Shown: positions 39,059 to 48,288 of the stretch, piece after piece
Layout of the letters: every line of letters begins with the position of its first letter
Numbering within the stretch: position 1 is the first letter of the stretch
Source: Patescibacteria group bacterium
GTDB taxonomy: Bacteria; Patescibacteriota; UBA1384; XYA2-FULL-43-10; 1-14-0-10-43-13
Assembly: GCA_038078835.1 (NCBI GenBank)
Contig: JBBTQI010000002.1
Coordinates: 1-59,323 of the forward strand
Reading direction: 5' to 3'
DNA: 59,323 nucleotides
Notes under the pieces: generated by a model
Seen by the model: the letters and a program-made list of their open reading frames with translations, nothing else
The model's database searches: none
What the model was told of the DNA's origin: nothing
Program-made: the position numbers and the translations under genes

Positions 39059-39826
39059 ATGGGAAAAAGAGCACAATTAAAAAGGGAGCAGGCAGAGGAG
39101 ATTCTCCGCCAGCGCAAGGATATTCTGGAGTCAATGCGGCAGGAACAGCAAAAGTGGCGCCGTTTCTGGCGTCGCCTTGATTTTTGGGTCATTGTTTTAT
39201 GTTTCTCTCTGCTTGGCGCCTTTCCCCTGCTTAATCCTCGCCTGGAGAGTTATCGTCGTCAAAACCCCCAAACAGCCGCGGCAAGCAACCAGGCTATTCT
39301 TCATACCAGTTTCGGTGATATTGAGGTTGAGCTTTTTGATCAGAGCGCGCCGCGAACGGTTCAGAACTTTATCGAATTATCAAAGCGGGGATACTATAAT
39401 AATCTGACTTGGCATCGGGTTATCCGCGACTTTGTCATTCAGGGCGGCGATCCCAAGGGTGACGGCGGCGGCGGCGAGAGCGCTTGGGGCGGCCAGTTTG
39501 AGGATGAGATTAATCCGCAAAGCATTGGTGTACCGCCAGAACAGATTAAGCAATACGAATCTCAGGGCTACCGCTATAACTCCAATCTTCAATCCAAAAA
39601 GATGGAGCCGGGGGTGTTGGCGATGGCCAATTCGGGGCCGAACACCAATGGCAGCCAATTCTTTATTGTTACTGAACAAGCTCAGCCGTATCTTGACGGT
39701 AAGCACACCGTTTTTGGCCGGGTAACAAAGGGGATGGAGATTGTACGTCTTATTGCTTCAGTTGAAGTGGACGAGAACGATAAACCCAAAGAACCGGTTT
39801 CTATTCAAGGAATTGAGATAAAATAA
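39059..39826 (+). CDS. Membrane-anchored cyclophilin-type peptidyl-prolyl isomerase
   Basis: AAGGAG RBS precedes MGKRAQ. FHRVI-like [39 protein letters not shown]. Confidence 0.9.
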   Translation: MGKRAQLKREQAEEILRQRKDILESMRQEQQKWRRFWRRLDFWVIVLCFSLLGAFPLLNPRLESYRRQNPQTAAASNQAILHTSFGDIEVELFDQSAPRTVQNFIELSKRGYYNNLTWHRVIRDFVIQGGDPKGDGGGGESAWGGQFEDEINPQSIGVPPEQIKQYESQGYRYNSNLQSKKMEPGVLAMANSGPNTNGSQFFIVTEQAQPYLDGKHTVFGRVTKGMEIVRLIASVEVDENDKPKEPVSIQGIEIK

Positions 39827-40272
39827 TGGCCAATCAGCGCAAAAATCAGCAAACGGTTTTGGAGGCTCTCGTTTTGGGGATCCTGCGCGGCATCGCGGCG
39901 CTCTTCCGTTTAATTTTCAGGCGCTGGCAAGGCCGGCGCGGCTTGAGTTGGCCGGAGAAACAGGAGATCATTCGCCGCCGGCTCGAGATTGAAGAGATGC
40001 TTAAATCGGAGAATATTCATGAACTGCGCCAGGCAGTCTTTGAGGCCGACAAGTTGGTTGATCGGGTTTTGCGCGGAGTCGGATTTGCGGGCGAATCAAT
40101 GGGGGAGCGGTTAAAAAATGCTCACAGCAAGATCGACAGGCAAACTTACGAGAGCATCTGGCAGGGGCACAAAGTGCGCAATCAGTTGGCGCATGAACAC
40201 AGTCAAAATATCGATTGGCACGAATTGCGAGGCGCGGCCGAGAAATTGCTAAAATATATTAAAACTATTTGA
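39826..40272 (+). CDS. Hypothetical protein with an Rx4H (HEPN-like) motif
   Basis: KVRNQLAHEH near the C-terminus and an N-terminal hydrophobic segment. Wedged between the PPIase gene and gatB. Confidence 0.45.
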   Translation: MANQRKNQQTVLEALVLGILRGIAALFRLIFRRWQGRRGLSWPEKQEIIRRRLEIEEMLKSENIHELRQAVFEADKLVDRVLRGVGFAGESMGERLKNAHSKIDRQTYESIWQGHKVRNQLAHEHSQNIDWHELRGAAEKLLKYIKTI

Positions 40273-41825
40273 TGATGGATAGCCTTAAAACCACAATGGA
40301 TTCGACTTTACTCACCATAATCGGCTTAGAGATTCATGTTCAGCTCAAGACCAAGAGCAAGATGTTTTGCCGTTGCGATAATAACGCCGAGGGTAAAGCA
40401 CCAAATACGGTAGTTTGTCCGGTTTGCTTGGGCTTGCCCGGCGCCTTGCCAGTGGCTAATAAACAGGCAATCGAATGGACAATCAAGACCGGAATCGCCT
40501 TAAACGCCCAAATTTCCCCGATGGCCAAATTTGATCGCAAACACTACTTTTATCCCGATCTACCCAAGGGGTATCAGATTTCACAGTATGATGAGCCTTT
40601 TTGTGTCGGCGGTTATATTGAAATCGAGGCAGATAGTTCTCGGCCGACGGCCTCGAACAATATCTCGAATACTCTCGATGCAAGTATTGTTCGAGCAAAG
40701 CGAGAACTAAGTAAAATAAAAATCAGGTTCAATCGCATTCACCTGGAGGAGGATGCCGGCAAGCTGATCCATTCGAATGGTCAAAGTTTAGTTGATCTAA
40801 ACCGAGCCGGGACGCCGCTGATGGAGATAGTAACCGAACCGGACATCACCTCGCCCAAAATGGCCGGCGACTTTTTGCGCCGGCTGCAAAAAGTAGTTCG
40901 CGACGAGGTTGAAGTTTCCGATGCCGATATGGAAAAGGGGCACTTGAGATGCGACGCCAATATTTCAATTTGTGAGTCGAAAGGCGAAAGGCGAAAGGGT
41001 GAAAGTATTAGGATGTCGGAGATTGTGGAGATCAAGAATTTAAACTCATTTAAATTTGTCGAAAAAGCCTTGGCGCTGGAGGAGGTAAGACTTAAGGCTG
41101 ACTATCCCAACTGGCCCAAGAAGCGGACCAAGGTGACGCGAGGCTATGATAGTGTCAAAAATATTACCTATGTCCAGCGTCAAAAGGAAGAGTCGGCTGA
41201 TTACCGCTACTTCCCCGAACCGGACATCCCGCCGATTGATACATCAAAAATCGATCAGGGAAAATTAGCTCAAGAAACCACTGTTTCGCTGGAAGAAAAA
41301 ATTGACAACCTTATTTCAATGGGTTTGACACCGGCTGATGCTGAAATTATAGTTAAGGATAAGACAAGATGGAGACAATTTAATGATATTTTGACTCAAT
41401 CACACCGCGACGATGCGTCTTTTGTAAAAGCGCTAGCTCAAAGCCTCATTCATAATTATTTTGGTTTTTCTCTTGAAATTCTCGGTGGAGTCAAAACCAA
41501 TCCTTACATCGATCTTATTGAGGCATTTGCTGACGGCCAGGTTACCAAGGCTCAATTTTCGGCTCTGGCCAAATTTATTCATGATCATAACTCTTCATAC
41601 GAAGAAGCAAAAAAGGCGGTCGGTCTGGAGGTGACCGGTGATCGCAAGGAGCTGGAAAAAACTGTCGAGACCGTTCTCAGTCAAAATTCGGCCGAAGTGG
41701 TTAGATATAAAAGCGGCAGGACGCAACTTTTCGGTTTTTTTGTCGGTCAGGTTATGAGAGAAACAGGGGGGCGGGCCGACCCTAAATTGGTTAATGAGAT
41801 ATTACGAAGAAAACTCATTTCTTAA
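40272..41825 (+). CDS. gatB: Glu/Asp-tRNA amidotransferase subunit B
   Basis: IGLEIHVQL, CPVCLGLPGALP, HLEEDAGK, EIKNLNSF, C-terminal GatB/YqeY domain. TGATG overlap with the upstream stop. Confidence 0.9.
   Translation: MMDSLKTTMDSTLLTIIGLEIHVQLKTKSKMFCRCDNNAEGKAPNTVVCPVCLGLPGALPVANKQAIEWTIKTGIALNAQISPMAKFDRKHYFYPDLPKGYQISQYDEPFCVGGYIEIEADSSRPTASNNISNTLDASIVRAKRELSKIKIRFNRIHLEEDAGKLIHSNGQSLVDLNRAGTPLMEIVTEPDITSPKMAGDFLRRLQKVVRDEVEVSDADMEKGHLRCDANISICESKGERRKGESIRMSEIVEIKNLNSFKFVEKALALEEVRLKADYPNWPKKRTKVTRGYDSVKNITYVQRQKEESADYRYFPEPDIPPIDTSKIDQGKLAQETTVSLEEKIDNLISMGLTPADAEIIVKDKTRWRQFNDILTQSHRDDASFVKALAQSLIHNYFGFSLEILGGVKTNPYIDLIEAFADGQVTKAQFSALAKFIHDHNSSYEEAKKAVGLEVTGDRKELEKTVETVLSQNSAEVVRYKSGRTQLFGFFVGQVMRETGGRADPKLVNEILRRKLIS
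40635..40708 (+). repeat. In-frame palindromic insertion in gatB
   Basis: AGTTCTCG (40635..40642) / CGAGAACT (40701..40708) enclose CTCGAACAATA (40652..40662) / TATTGTTCGAG (40685..40695). A second word tract, CGAAAGGCGAAAGGCGAAAGGGTGAAAG, lies at 40976..41003. Confidence 0.8.
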
Positions 41826-41879
41826 TTACCGTCACCCGATGTGCAAATCTGTTTCACACCAGGGGCGCAAGGAGGTTGT

Positions 41880-42404
41880 ATGGCAGAGGAGATACTTGGT
41901 CGTTTCTTAAGTCCGCTTTTAGCGATCGGTCCCAAGATTCCCGATCTCACTTTGGGGCTTCTCTTTGGCTACATCCTCATTAAGATTTTGGCCGCCTTAC
42001 TTAAGAATGCTCTCAAGGTAGCGCGAATCCCCAGAGCGCTCAGCGATATCATCATCTCAATATTGCTGATTGTGATGTGGGTGGTGCTCTTTTCGGAGTT
42101 GGCAAGGCAGGCCGGGCTGGGCTCGCTTGCGATCAAGATATCCGGCTCTCTTTTGGTACTTGGCTTGGCGCTGGCCAATGGCGCCTCGACGATCACGGCG
42201 GATGCTCTCGCCGGCATCTTTTTGGCGCGGGATAAAAATTTCGCCTGCGGTTTGCGCATCAAAACCGGAGAAATTGAAGGGGTGATTGAGAAAATAGATG
42301 TTCGCAAAACCAGGATCCGCGACAATAAGGGCAGTATTTATGTTGTGTCCAACTCCAAGATTGATCAAGCCGGTTGGCAGGTTGTCGATGAGAGTAAGGC
42401 CTGA
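41880..42404 (+). CDS. Small-conductance mechanosensitive channel-like protein
   Basis: AAGGAGG RBS, three TM segments, and an MscS-like beta domain (IKTGEIEGVIEKIDVRKTRIRDNKGSIYVVSNSKI). Confidence 0.6.
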   Translation: MAEEILGRFLSPLLAIGPKIPDLTLGLLFGYILIKILAALLKNALKVARIPRALSDIIISILLIVMWVVLFSELARQAGLGSLAIKISGSLLVLGLALANGASTITADALAGIFLARDKNFACGLRIKTGEIEGVIEKIDVRKTRIRDNKGSIYVVSNSKIDQAGWQVVDESKA

Positions 42405-42457
42405 TTTTTATGGTATAATGAAAGTGATTGTTGAATTGTCGGGCGGGAGATTGGAAT

Positions 42458-42763
42458 ATGCTGACGGAAACGCTAATCCAAATTCTGATCGGAGCGGGCA
42501 TTGTTGCCGTAGTTGTGCTGACGGCTGTCCTTGTCTATCTTATTTTAATTTTACGCAAGATTGATGATGCGGCTCGAGTAATGGACGCCCGAATTCGGGA
42601 GGTCAACAGTTATGTGACCGGCCTGGAGGACATGATCAAGATTTACTACGCGGCGGCGAAATCATTTTTGACAACGCTGGGTTTGGGACTAACTAAAGAA
42701 AAGACAGATGATGCCGGCAAGCCGGCACAGAAAGGAGATAAAGATGACAAGCAACCACAATGA
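42458..42763 (+). CDS. Small membrane-anchored protein (DUF948-like)
   Basis: TGGTATAAT extended -10 at 42411..42419, GGGAGA RBS, and an N-terminal TM segment. Confidence 0.45.
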   Translation: MLTETLIQILIGAGIVAVVVLTAVLVYLILILRKIDDAARVMDARIREVNSYVTGLEDMIKIYYAAAKSFLTTLGLGLTKEKTDDAGKPAQKGDKDDKQPQ

Positions 42764-43046
42764 CGGTAAAAAGTTTGCTCTGGGCGCCCTGCTTGGCGCG
42801 GTCACCGGGGCTGTTTTGGGTATCTTGTTTGCGCCCAAGAGCGGTAAAGAGACGCGCAAAATAATCAAGGATAGGGCGGAGGAGTACAAGGAGAAGGGCG
42901 AGGAGTATGCGCGCGAGAAGGCCGGCGAGGTGCAAGAAACTATAGACCAGGCCAAGTATCGCGGTCGGGAGGCGCTCGAGGCCGCTGCCCGCAAGGCCAA
43001 AGAGGCGGCCGAGGATGTCGAGCGAAAGGTTCACCGGGACCAATAA
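42744..43046 (+). CDS. YtxH domain protein
   Basis: GALLGAVTGAVLGILFAPKSGKETRK is the YtxH signature. AAGGAG RBS. Confidence 0.7.
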   Translation: MTSNHNDGKKFALGALLGAVTGAVLGILFAPKSGKETRKIIKDRAEEYKEKGEEYAREKAGEVQETIDQAKYRGREALEAAARKAKEAAEDVERKVHRDQ

Positions 43047-43105
43047 AGCGGTTTGCCTTGTGCATCACTCTGGGGGCAGAATTTAAAACAAAAAGAGGAG
43101 AACAG

Positions 43106-44314
43106 ATGTCTAGAGTTGATTTTGACGATGAGACGCCGGCTGATAAGTTAAAGGGCGGACTTAAAAAAAGATTTGGCCTGGGGGTTTTGATTTTAGTTTT
43201 GGCCAGCTTTGTCTTTGGCGCCGTCGGCGGGGTGAGCGGAGTTCTACTCTTTTCGGCCGGCAACGGCTACATTGCCGACAAGCTTGGAATCAAGGGGTTT
43301 GACGGTGTCACCATTCCGACGACGCGAACCGAGAGGATTATTCTGGAAGAATCCAATGCCGTTATCGAGGCGGTCAATAAGGTTGCTCCGGCCGTTGTCT
43401 CAATTAAGCAAAAGAAGGCTGTGACCAACATCTTTGGCCAGGTTTATGAATCCGAGGGTGCCGGAACCGGCTTTGTCATTACCAGCGACGGTTTGATCTT
43501 GACCAATCGTCATGTTGTTTCGGACTCGGCCGCCACTTATACCGTGGTTTTGGCCGACGAACGCAGCTTTGATGCCACTGTTAAATCCGTTGATTCGTAT
43601 CAGGATATTGCCGTCTTGCAGATTGAAGCCAGAAACTTGCCGGTTGTGGAGTTGGGCGACTCGGAACAGCTCCAGGTTGGCCAGTGGGTGGTGGCAGTCG
43701 GCAACGCTCTTGGCAAATTCCAGAACACGGTGACGGCGGGTGTTGTTTCGGCCCGCAATCGCAAGATTAGCGCCAGCGATAGTTCGGGGAGTTCCACTGA
43801 AACGCTTAGCAATCTGATTCAGACTGATGCGGCGATTAACCCCGGAAACTCCGGCGGTCCGCTGGTTAATCTGGCGGGACAGGTGGTTGGTATCAATACG
43901 GCTGTGGCCGCCGACGCCCAGGGGATTGGTTTTGCTATTCCCGTTAATGAGGCAAAATCGGCAATTGAGAGCCTAAAGAAAACCGGCCGCATTGTCCGGC
44001 CCTATATCGGTGTTCGTTATGTCCAGCTCACGCCCGAAATCGCCAAAGCCAACAGTCTCTCTGTCGATTATGGCGCGCTGATCGTGCGCGGTCAGGGCTT
44101 GGGCCAGTTTGCTGTTGTTCCCGGCTCGCCCGCCGACAAGGCGGGTCTGGTGGAAAACGACATTATCTTGGAGATTAACGGCCAGAAGATCAATGAGGAC
44201 AACACTTTAATGAGTTTGATTCAGCAATATCAGGTTGACGAGGAGGTTGAGCTCAAAGTTCTCTCCAAGGGGGCGGAGAAAAAGGTTAAAATCAAGCTTG
44301 AAGAGCGCAAGTAA
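43106..44314 (+). CDS. htrA: HtrA/DegP family serine protease with PDZ domain
   Basis: Catalytic triad contexts TNRHVV, DIAVLQI and GNSGGPLVN, plus a C-terminal PDZ domain. Confidence 0.9.
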   Translation: MSRVDFDDETPADKLKGGLKKRFGLGVLILVLASFVFGAVGGVSGVLLFSAGNGYIADKLGIKGFDGVTIPTTRTERIILEESNAVIEAVNKVAPAVVSIKQKKAVTNIFGQVYESEGAGTGFVITSDGLILTNRHVVSDSAATYTVVLADERSFDATVKSVDSYQDIAVLQIEARNLPVVELGDSEQLQVGQWVVAVGNALGKFQNTVTAGVVSARNRKISASDSSGSSTETLSNLIQTDAAINPGNSGGPLVNLAGQVVGINTAVAADAQGIGFAIPVNEAKSAIESLKKTGRIVRPYIGVRYVQLTPEIAKANSLSVDYGALIVRGQGLGQFAVVPGSPADKAGLVENDIILEINGQKINEDNTLMSLIQQYQVDEEVELKVLSKGAEKKVKIKLEERK

Positions 44315-44367
44315 GGACGCTGATACAAGCAGATAAAGGCGCATTTACGCGAATTGACACAGATAAC

Positions 44368-44395
44368 CAAAAATCCCCAAGCTTGGGGATTTTTG
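44368..44395. terminator. Bidirectional terminator
   Basis: AAAAAT-CCCCAAGCTTGGGG-ATTTTT. Confidence 0.6.
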
Positions 44396-44469
44396 GTGGA
44401 GTGCCTTCGCGCCGATGGCGGGTTATCGTGATGGGATAGTTCTCTGCGCGAAGGCACCGGTGGCGGGTG

Positions 44470-44739
44470 CTACACCCGGGGATCATGGGCAGTCTTTCTC
44501 TTTCTCGGGCGCCGTTGCGCCCGGTGGACGTGAGCGACTAACTGGGTTAACCGCTCCTTCTTGCTTCTCTTCTGCCGCTGCTCAAACTGGAAGCGGCAGC
44601 CCGGCCAGTTCCGACAGAGATAGCCGCCGTCTTCACACCGGACCATGATTGCTCCGCAGTATTCACATGCAGGAGTGCCAAAGCGCGGCGTTCGAACGAC
44701 GGCCACCCGAAGATCGGGCGAACCTCGAGCCGTTGGCAT
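44470..44739 (-). CDS. Small protein with a topoisomerase-type C4 zinc ribbon and a basic tail (89 aa)
   Basis: GGAGGGGGG RBS precedes MPTARG. CEYCG...CRNWPGC resembles the zf-C4_Topoisom pattern. Confidence 0.45.
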   Translation of the reverse strand: MPTARGSPDLRVAVVRTPRFGTPACEYCGAIMVRCEDGGYLCRNWPGCRFQFEQRQKRSKKERLTQLVAHVHRAQRRPRKRKTAHDPRV

Positions 44740-44848
44740 TACGATCACCCCCCTCCACCAACGGATTCCAATTACATTAAAGACCATTGCTCCCCAAAGT
44801 CAAGGGTTTCAAGAGAGAGTAAAAAAGAATTTAGCTTTTCCGAGAAAT

Positions 44849-44875
44849 CAAAAAAGAGGGCGTCGGACGCCCTCT
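44849..44875 (-). terminator. Terminator of the 386-aa orphan gene
   Basis: AGAGGGCG...CGCCCTCT palindrome (44855..44875) followed on the - strand by a U-run. Confidence 0.55.
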
Positions 44876-44890
44876 CGGATGTTGTGTTGA

Positions 44891-46051
44891 TCATGACCCA
44901 GTGAGCTGACCAGCCGGGCTAAAGTAGACTACCGGCTTGTCGCGCTGGTCGTAGGGGATCCCCCCTTCCTTCTCGTTGTATGGCCAGAGCTTGACAATAA
45001 GAATGTCAGCTCTCCCCGGTCTCTTGTAACCTAGCTGGATCTGGATCTTCCGGAGGACGGTGCCGTATTTCGCCCTGTCGGCTTCTGAGAAGGGGACGGT
45101 ACCTCTGAAGGCTTCACCGTTGGTGAGGATGATCTCGGCGAGGTAAGTTCCCGGCTGGCTACTGAAAGCGGAGGGCTGATCAATGCTGGCGCTGGTGAGG
45201 AAACCGATGAAGGATCGGCCGTCGACGAGGTTAATCCGGAAGGGGTTTTCGCCGCCGGCGAGCAGTTGCCCGCATCCCTCGGCGGCCTCCCTGATCCACT
45301 CGATCTCATCCGTATAGGGGACGGCCGGACCGCTCTCACCCTTGCCGATTCGGGTGCAGGAACCGTCGTTCCAGTAAACGAGATGATCGAAGTGGCTCCG
45401 GTCGTCGTGGTCGCAGTAGCTCATTGGCTTAACCTCAAGGCTCCGGCAACCGAGGCAGCGTTTGACTTTCTTTGCTGGGACTCCTTTCTCGTTAAGCTCG
45501 GTGACCACGAAGAGCCGGCCCAGCGTGTAGAGGGGGTGATCCTCGAGGCCGGGGGCGAGGGCATAGTCCCCGATGATGACCTGCTGGCCGATGGCGTAGA
45601 ACCAGGGGGTGAGCCAGCCGCAGGGGACATGCCGCCGTAACCCGGGTGTCTTCTTGATCGCGCTCTCTTCGAGATTGCCGCAACGCCGGAGAGCCGCCTT
45701 GGCTTCCGTGACGGTGTCGTACTCGGCGAAAGCGTGTCCCTCCCTCGTGTTGAAGGAGTGGAGGACGATGTTGTGCCGCTCCTCCGGCGGATCACCGATC
45801 TCCAGTACCTCAACATAGCCGCAGATACCGCCATCGCCGCCGCCGGCATAATCGTGCTGGGTCAGACGGAAGCGGCTAAGGGCGGCGTACCCGCCATGAG
45901 CGACCTGGCTGGGTTCTCGCCAGCCGGGAATGTCCAGCTCGCGCACCGCGGCCAAGGCTTCCTTGACTGCCTCAATCTTGTCCTCTGGACAGCGCAAAGA
46001 AACCACCATACCGCTTGCGGTCACGGCCTCGATATACCTCTCCGTGGCCAT
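44891..46051 (-). CDS. Hypothetical protein (386 aa), orphan in GC-rich islet
   Basis: GGGAGGGAAG RBS precedes MATERYIE. Clean ORF with its own terminator. No recognisable domain. Confidence 0.6.
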   Translation of the reverse strand: MATERYIEAVTASGMVVSLRCPEDKIEAVKEALAAVRELDIPGWREPSQVAHGGYAALSRFRLTQHDYAGGGDGGICGYVEVLEIGDPPEERHNIVLHSFNTREGHAFAEYDTVTEAKAALRRCGNLEESAIKKTPGLRRHVPCGWLTPWFYAIGQQVIIGDYALAPGLEDHPLYTLGRLFVVTELNEKGVPAKKVKRCLGCRSLEVKPMSYCDHDDRSHFDHLVYWNDGSCTRIGKGESGPAVPYTDEIEWIREAAEGCGQLLAGGENPFRINLVDGRSFIGFLTSASIDQPSAFSSQPGTYLAEIILTNGEAFRGTVPFSEADRAKYGTVLRKIQIQLGYKRPGRADILIVKLWPYNEKEGGIPYDQRDKPVVYFSPAGQLTGS

Positions 46052-46126
46052 CTCTTCTTCCCTCCCTTTCAGTTTTGTAAGCACAGCGACCTTATTGTAT
46101 CAAAATAAAGACCAAAAAGCAACTTT

Positions 46127-47125
46127 TTAGGTCAAGATCTTGAGGTAGCGATTGCGGCCGGCGAGGTCTTTTTTGAGTTCTATTTTGCTGTCTTTAAAAA
46201 CATTTCTGGCGTATTTGAGGAGATCAAGGGCATTTCTGGGGTCGAGCTCGACGAGAATCAGTCCGTCCGCATTAATGCGGCTGTGGGCTTGATCGAGGAA
46301 TCGCTTAACGGTTGCCGTTCCTTTATCATCAGCAAAAATCGCCTCCTTGGGTTCAAAGTTAATCCCCTTATTTTTTTCGGCCTTCGGTCTTCGGCCTTCG
46401 GCTTTTTGGGGAACGTAGGGCAGATTAGCGATAACAATACCGAACTTTTGGGGTAAGCGCGGGTTGGAGAAGAGATCGGAGTGATAAAATCTGATAATAT
46501 TGTTCGAGGCTAAAAGCCGAGAACTATTAACACCTGGTTCTCGCTTGTGCTCGAACAATATTCTTTTGGCGTTCTTCTTGGCGACATAAAGCGCCTTTTT
46601 TGATGTATCGGTGGCGTGGAATTTAACCTGCCGGCCTGCTGACTTGCCGGCCTGCTGACTTGCTAGGGCAATGATGATGTTACCGGAGCCGGTACCAATA
46701 TCAAGAATCGCTAAAGGCCGAAGGCCGAAGGCCGGAGGCTTGGTACCACCATTGTTTTGCCTTCGGCCCTTGGCCTTCGGCTTAAGACTGTCTTTTATAA
46801 AGATGAGGGCTTCTTCTGTTAGCAGTTCGGTTTCCGGGCGGGGGATCAAGACATTTTTGTTAACAATAAAATCAAGACCATAAAATTCCTTATGGCCGAG
46901 GATGTAGGCTATCGGCTCGCCCTTTTTCCGTCGCCGGATGTAGCGCCTAAATTGGGCGTAGTCGGCATTGGTCAGCGGCGCTTCGGGATGGCTGAAAATA
47001 TAATCAGTCTTTTTATCAATCGCCGCTTCCAGCAAAACCCGAGCATCAAGTTCCGGCGTATTGGTAAAGGGTGTTAATTCTTGGATTGACTTCTGTAGGA
47101 TTGATTTTATCACCAAATGTCTCAT
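46127..47125 (-). CDS. prmC: Release factor glutamine methyltransferase PrmC
   Basis: DIGTGSGNI SAM motif and NLPYV (NPPY-type) motif. Sits downstream of prfA. Carries several in-frame insertions. Confidence 0.85.
   Translation of the reverse strand: MRHLVIKSILQKSIQELTPFTNTPELDARVLLEAAIDKKTDYIFSHPEAPLTNADYAQFRRYIRRRKKGEPIAYILGHKEFYGLDFIVNKNVLIPRPETELLTEEALIFIKDSLKPKAKGRRQNNGGTKPPAFGLRPLAILDIGTGSGNIIIALASQQAGKSAGRQVKFHATDTSKKALYVAKKNAKRILFEHKREPGVNSSRLLASNNIIRFYHSDLFSNPRLPQKFGIVIANLPYVPQKAEGRRPKAEKNKGINFEPKEAIFADDKGTATVKRFLDQAHSRINADGLILVELDPRNALDLLKYARNVFKDSKIELKKDLAGRNRYLKILT
46378..46402. repeat. CCTTCGG word tract in prmC
   Basis: cggccttcggtcttcggccttcggc, read in frame as ..AEGRRPKAE.. 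Confidence 0.75.
46629..46660. repeat. Perfect 16-nt tandem duplication inside prmC
   Basis: tgccggcctgctgact appears twice (46629..46644, 46645..46660) followed by tgc. The ORF stays open (..SQQAGKSAGRQ..). Confidence 0.85.
46716..46781. repeat. In-frame palindromic insertion in prmC
   Basis: GGCCGAAGGCCGAAGGCCGGAGGC (46716..46739) versus GCCTTCGGCCCTTGGCCTTCGGC (46759..46781). Encodes ..KAKGRRQNNGGTKPPAFGLRP.. Confidence 0.8.
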
Positions 47126-48195
47126 TAGGATTCTTGGCTGGCGAGTTTGCGGGATTGGTCTTCGGCGATCAAGTTATCAACAATCGGATCAAGGTCACCG
47201 TCCATAATCCGGGGCAAGCTATGCCAGGATTGATTGATGCGGTGATCAGTCAACCGGTCTTGAGGGAAATTGTAAGTGCGGATCTTTTCGGAGCGGTCAC
47301 CGGTGCCGACCTGCGAGCGACGGGTGTCACCTCGCTCCTTAGCCAGTTTTTCCTGTTCAGCAGCCAATAGTCTTGATCGCAGAATCGATAGCGCTTTAGT
47401 CTTGTTTTTGAGCTGGCTCTTCTCGTCCTGGCAGGAGACAACCAGACCGGTGGGCAGGTGGGTAATACGGACGGCTGAATAAGTTGTGTTAACCGATTGT
47501 CCGCCCGGCCCGGTGGCGCAAAAGGTATCGATACGCAAATCTTCCGACTTGATCTCAACTTCTGCCTCCTCGGCTTCAGGCAGAACAGCAACGGTAATTG
47601 TCGAGGTGTGGATCCGGCCGGCCTTTTCGGTTTCCGGCACTCGCTGGACACGATGAACGCCGCTCTCATACTTCATTTTGGAATAGACGCTCCGGCCGTT
47701 TATCTGAAAAGTGATTGTCTTAAAACCCCCGATACTCGAACTTTGAGAATCCAGAACATCAATCTGCCCACCCTGGCGCTCGGCAAATCGGGCGTACATC
47801 CGGTAGACTTCGGCCGCAAAGAGTTCCGCTTCATCACCGCCGGCGGCCGGCCGAATCTCGACGATAACATTGCGCTCATCGTTGGGATCCTTGGGGAGAA
47901 GAGCGAACTCTAACTCCTCTTCCAGCCCCTTCCGTTGACTCTCCAGATCGGGGATCTCGCTTTGAGCAATCTCTGCCAGCTCCGGGTCCTCGCCCCGGGC
48001 AAGTATATCTTTATTCTCGGCCATATTTTTGTTCACGGCAAAATATCGCCTGATCTTCTCGGCGAGACTGTCCAGGTCGGCTTTCTCTTTGGCGACCCGA
48101 GCCAACCTAATCTGATCATTGAGAATATCGGAACCGTGAAGTTCCCTTTCCAGTTCCTCATAATGATCTAAAATTTTTTGAAGTTTAGAAATCAT
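47125..48195 (-). CDS. prfA: Peptide chain release factor 1
   Basis: GGQ motif (GPGGQSVN) and PET tripeptide (RVPETE). The start is chosen at MISKLQKIL. Confidence 0.95.
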   Translation of the reverse strand: MISKLQKILDHYEELERELHGSDILNDQIRLARVAKEKADLDSLAEKIRRYFAVNKNMAENKDILARGEDPELAEIAQSEIPDLESQRKGLEEELEFALLPKDPNDERNVIVEIRPAAGGDEAELFAAEVYRMYARFAERQGGQIDVLDSQSSSIGGFKTITFQINGRSVYSKMKYESGVHRVQRVPETEKAGRIHTSTITVAVLPEAEEAEVEIKSEDLRIDTFCATGPGGQSVNTTYSAVRITHLPTGLVVSCQDEKSQLKNKTKALSILRSRLLAAEQEKLAKERGDTRRSQVGTGDRSEKIRTYNFPQDRLTDHRINQSWHSLPRIMDGDLDPIVDNLIAEDQSRKLASQES

Positions 48196-48288
48196 AATAG
48201 GTTCAATAAGTCTAATGGGGTCTAATAGGCAATAAACAAAAACCGGCTGATCTGGGCCCAAGCCGGTTTTATTATACATAAAGCAGAG

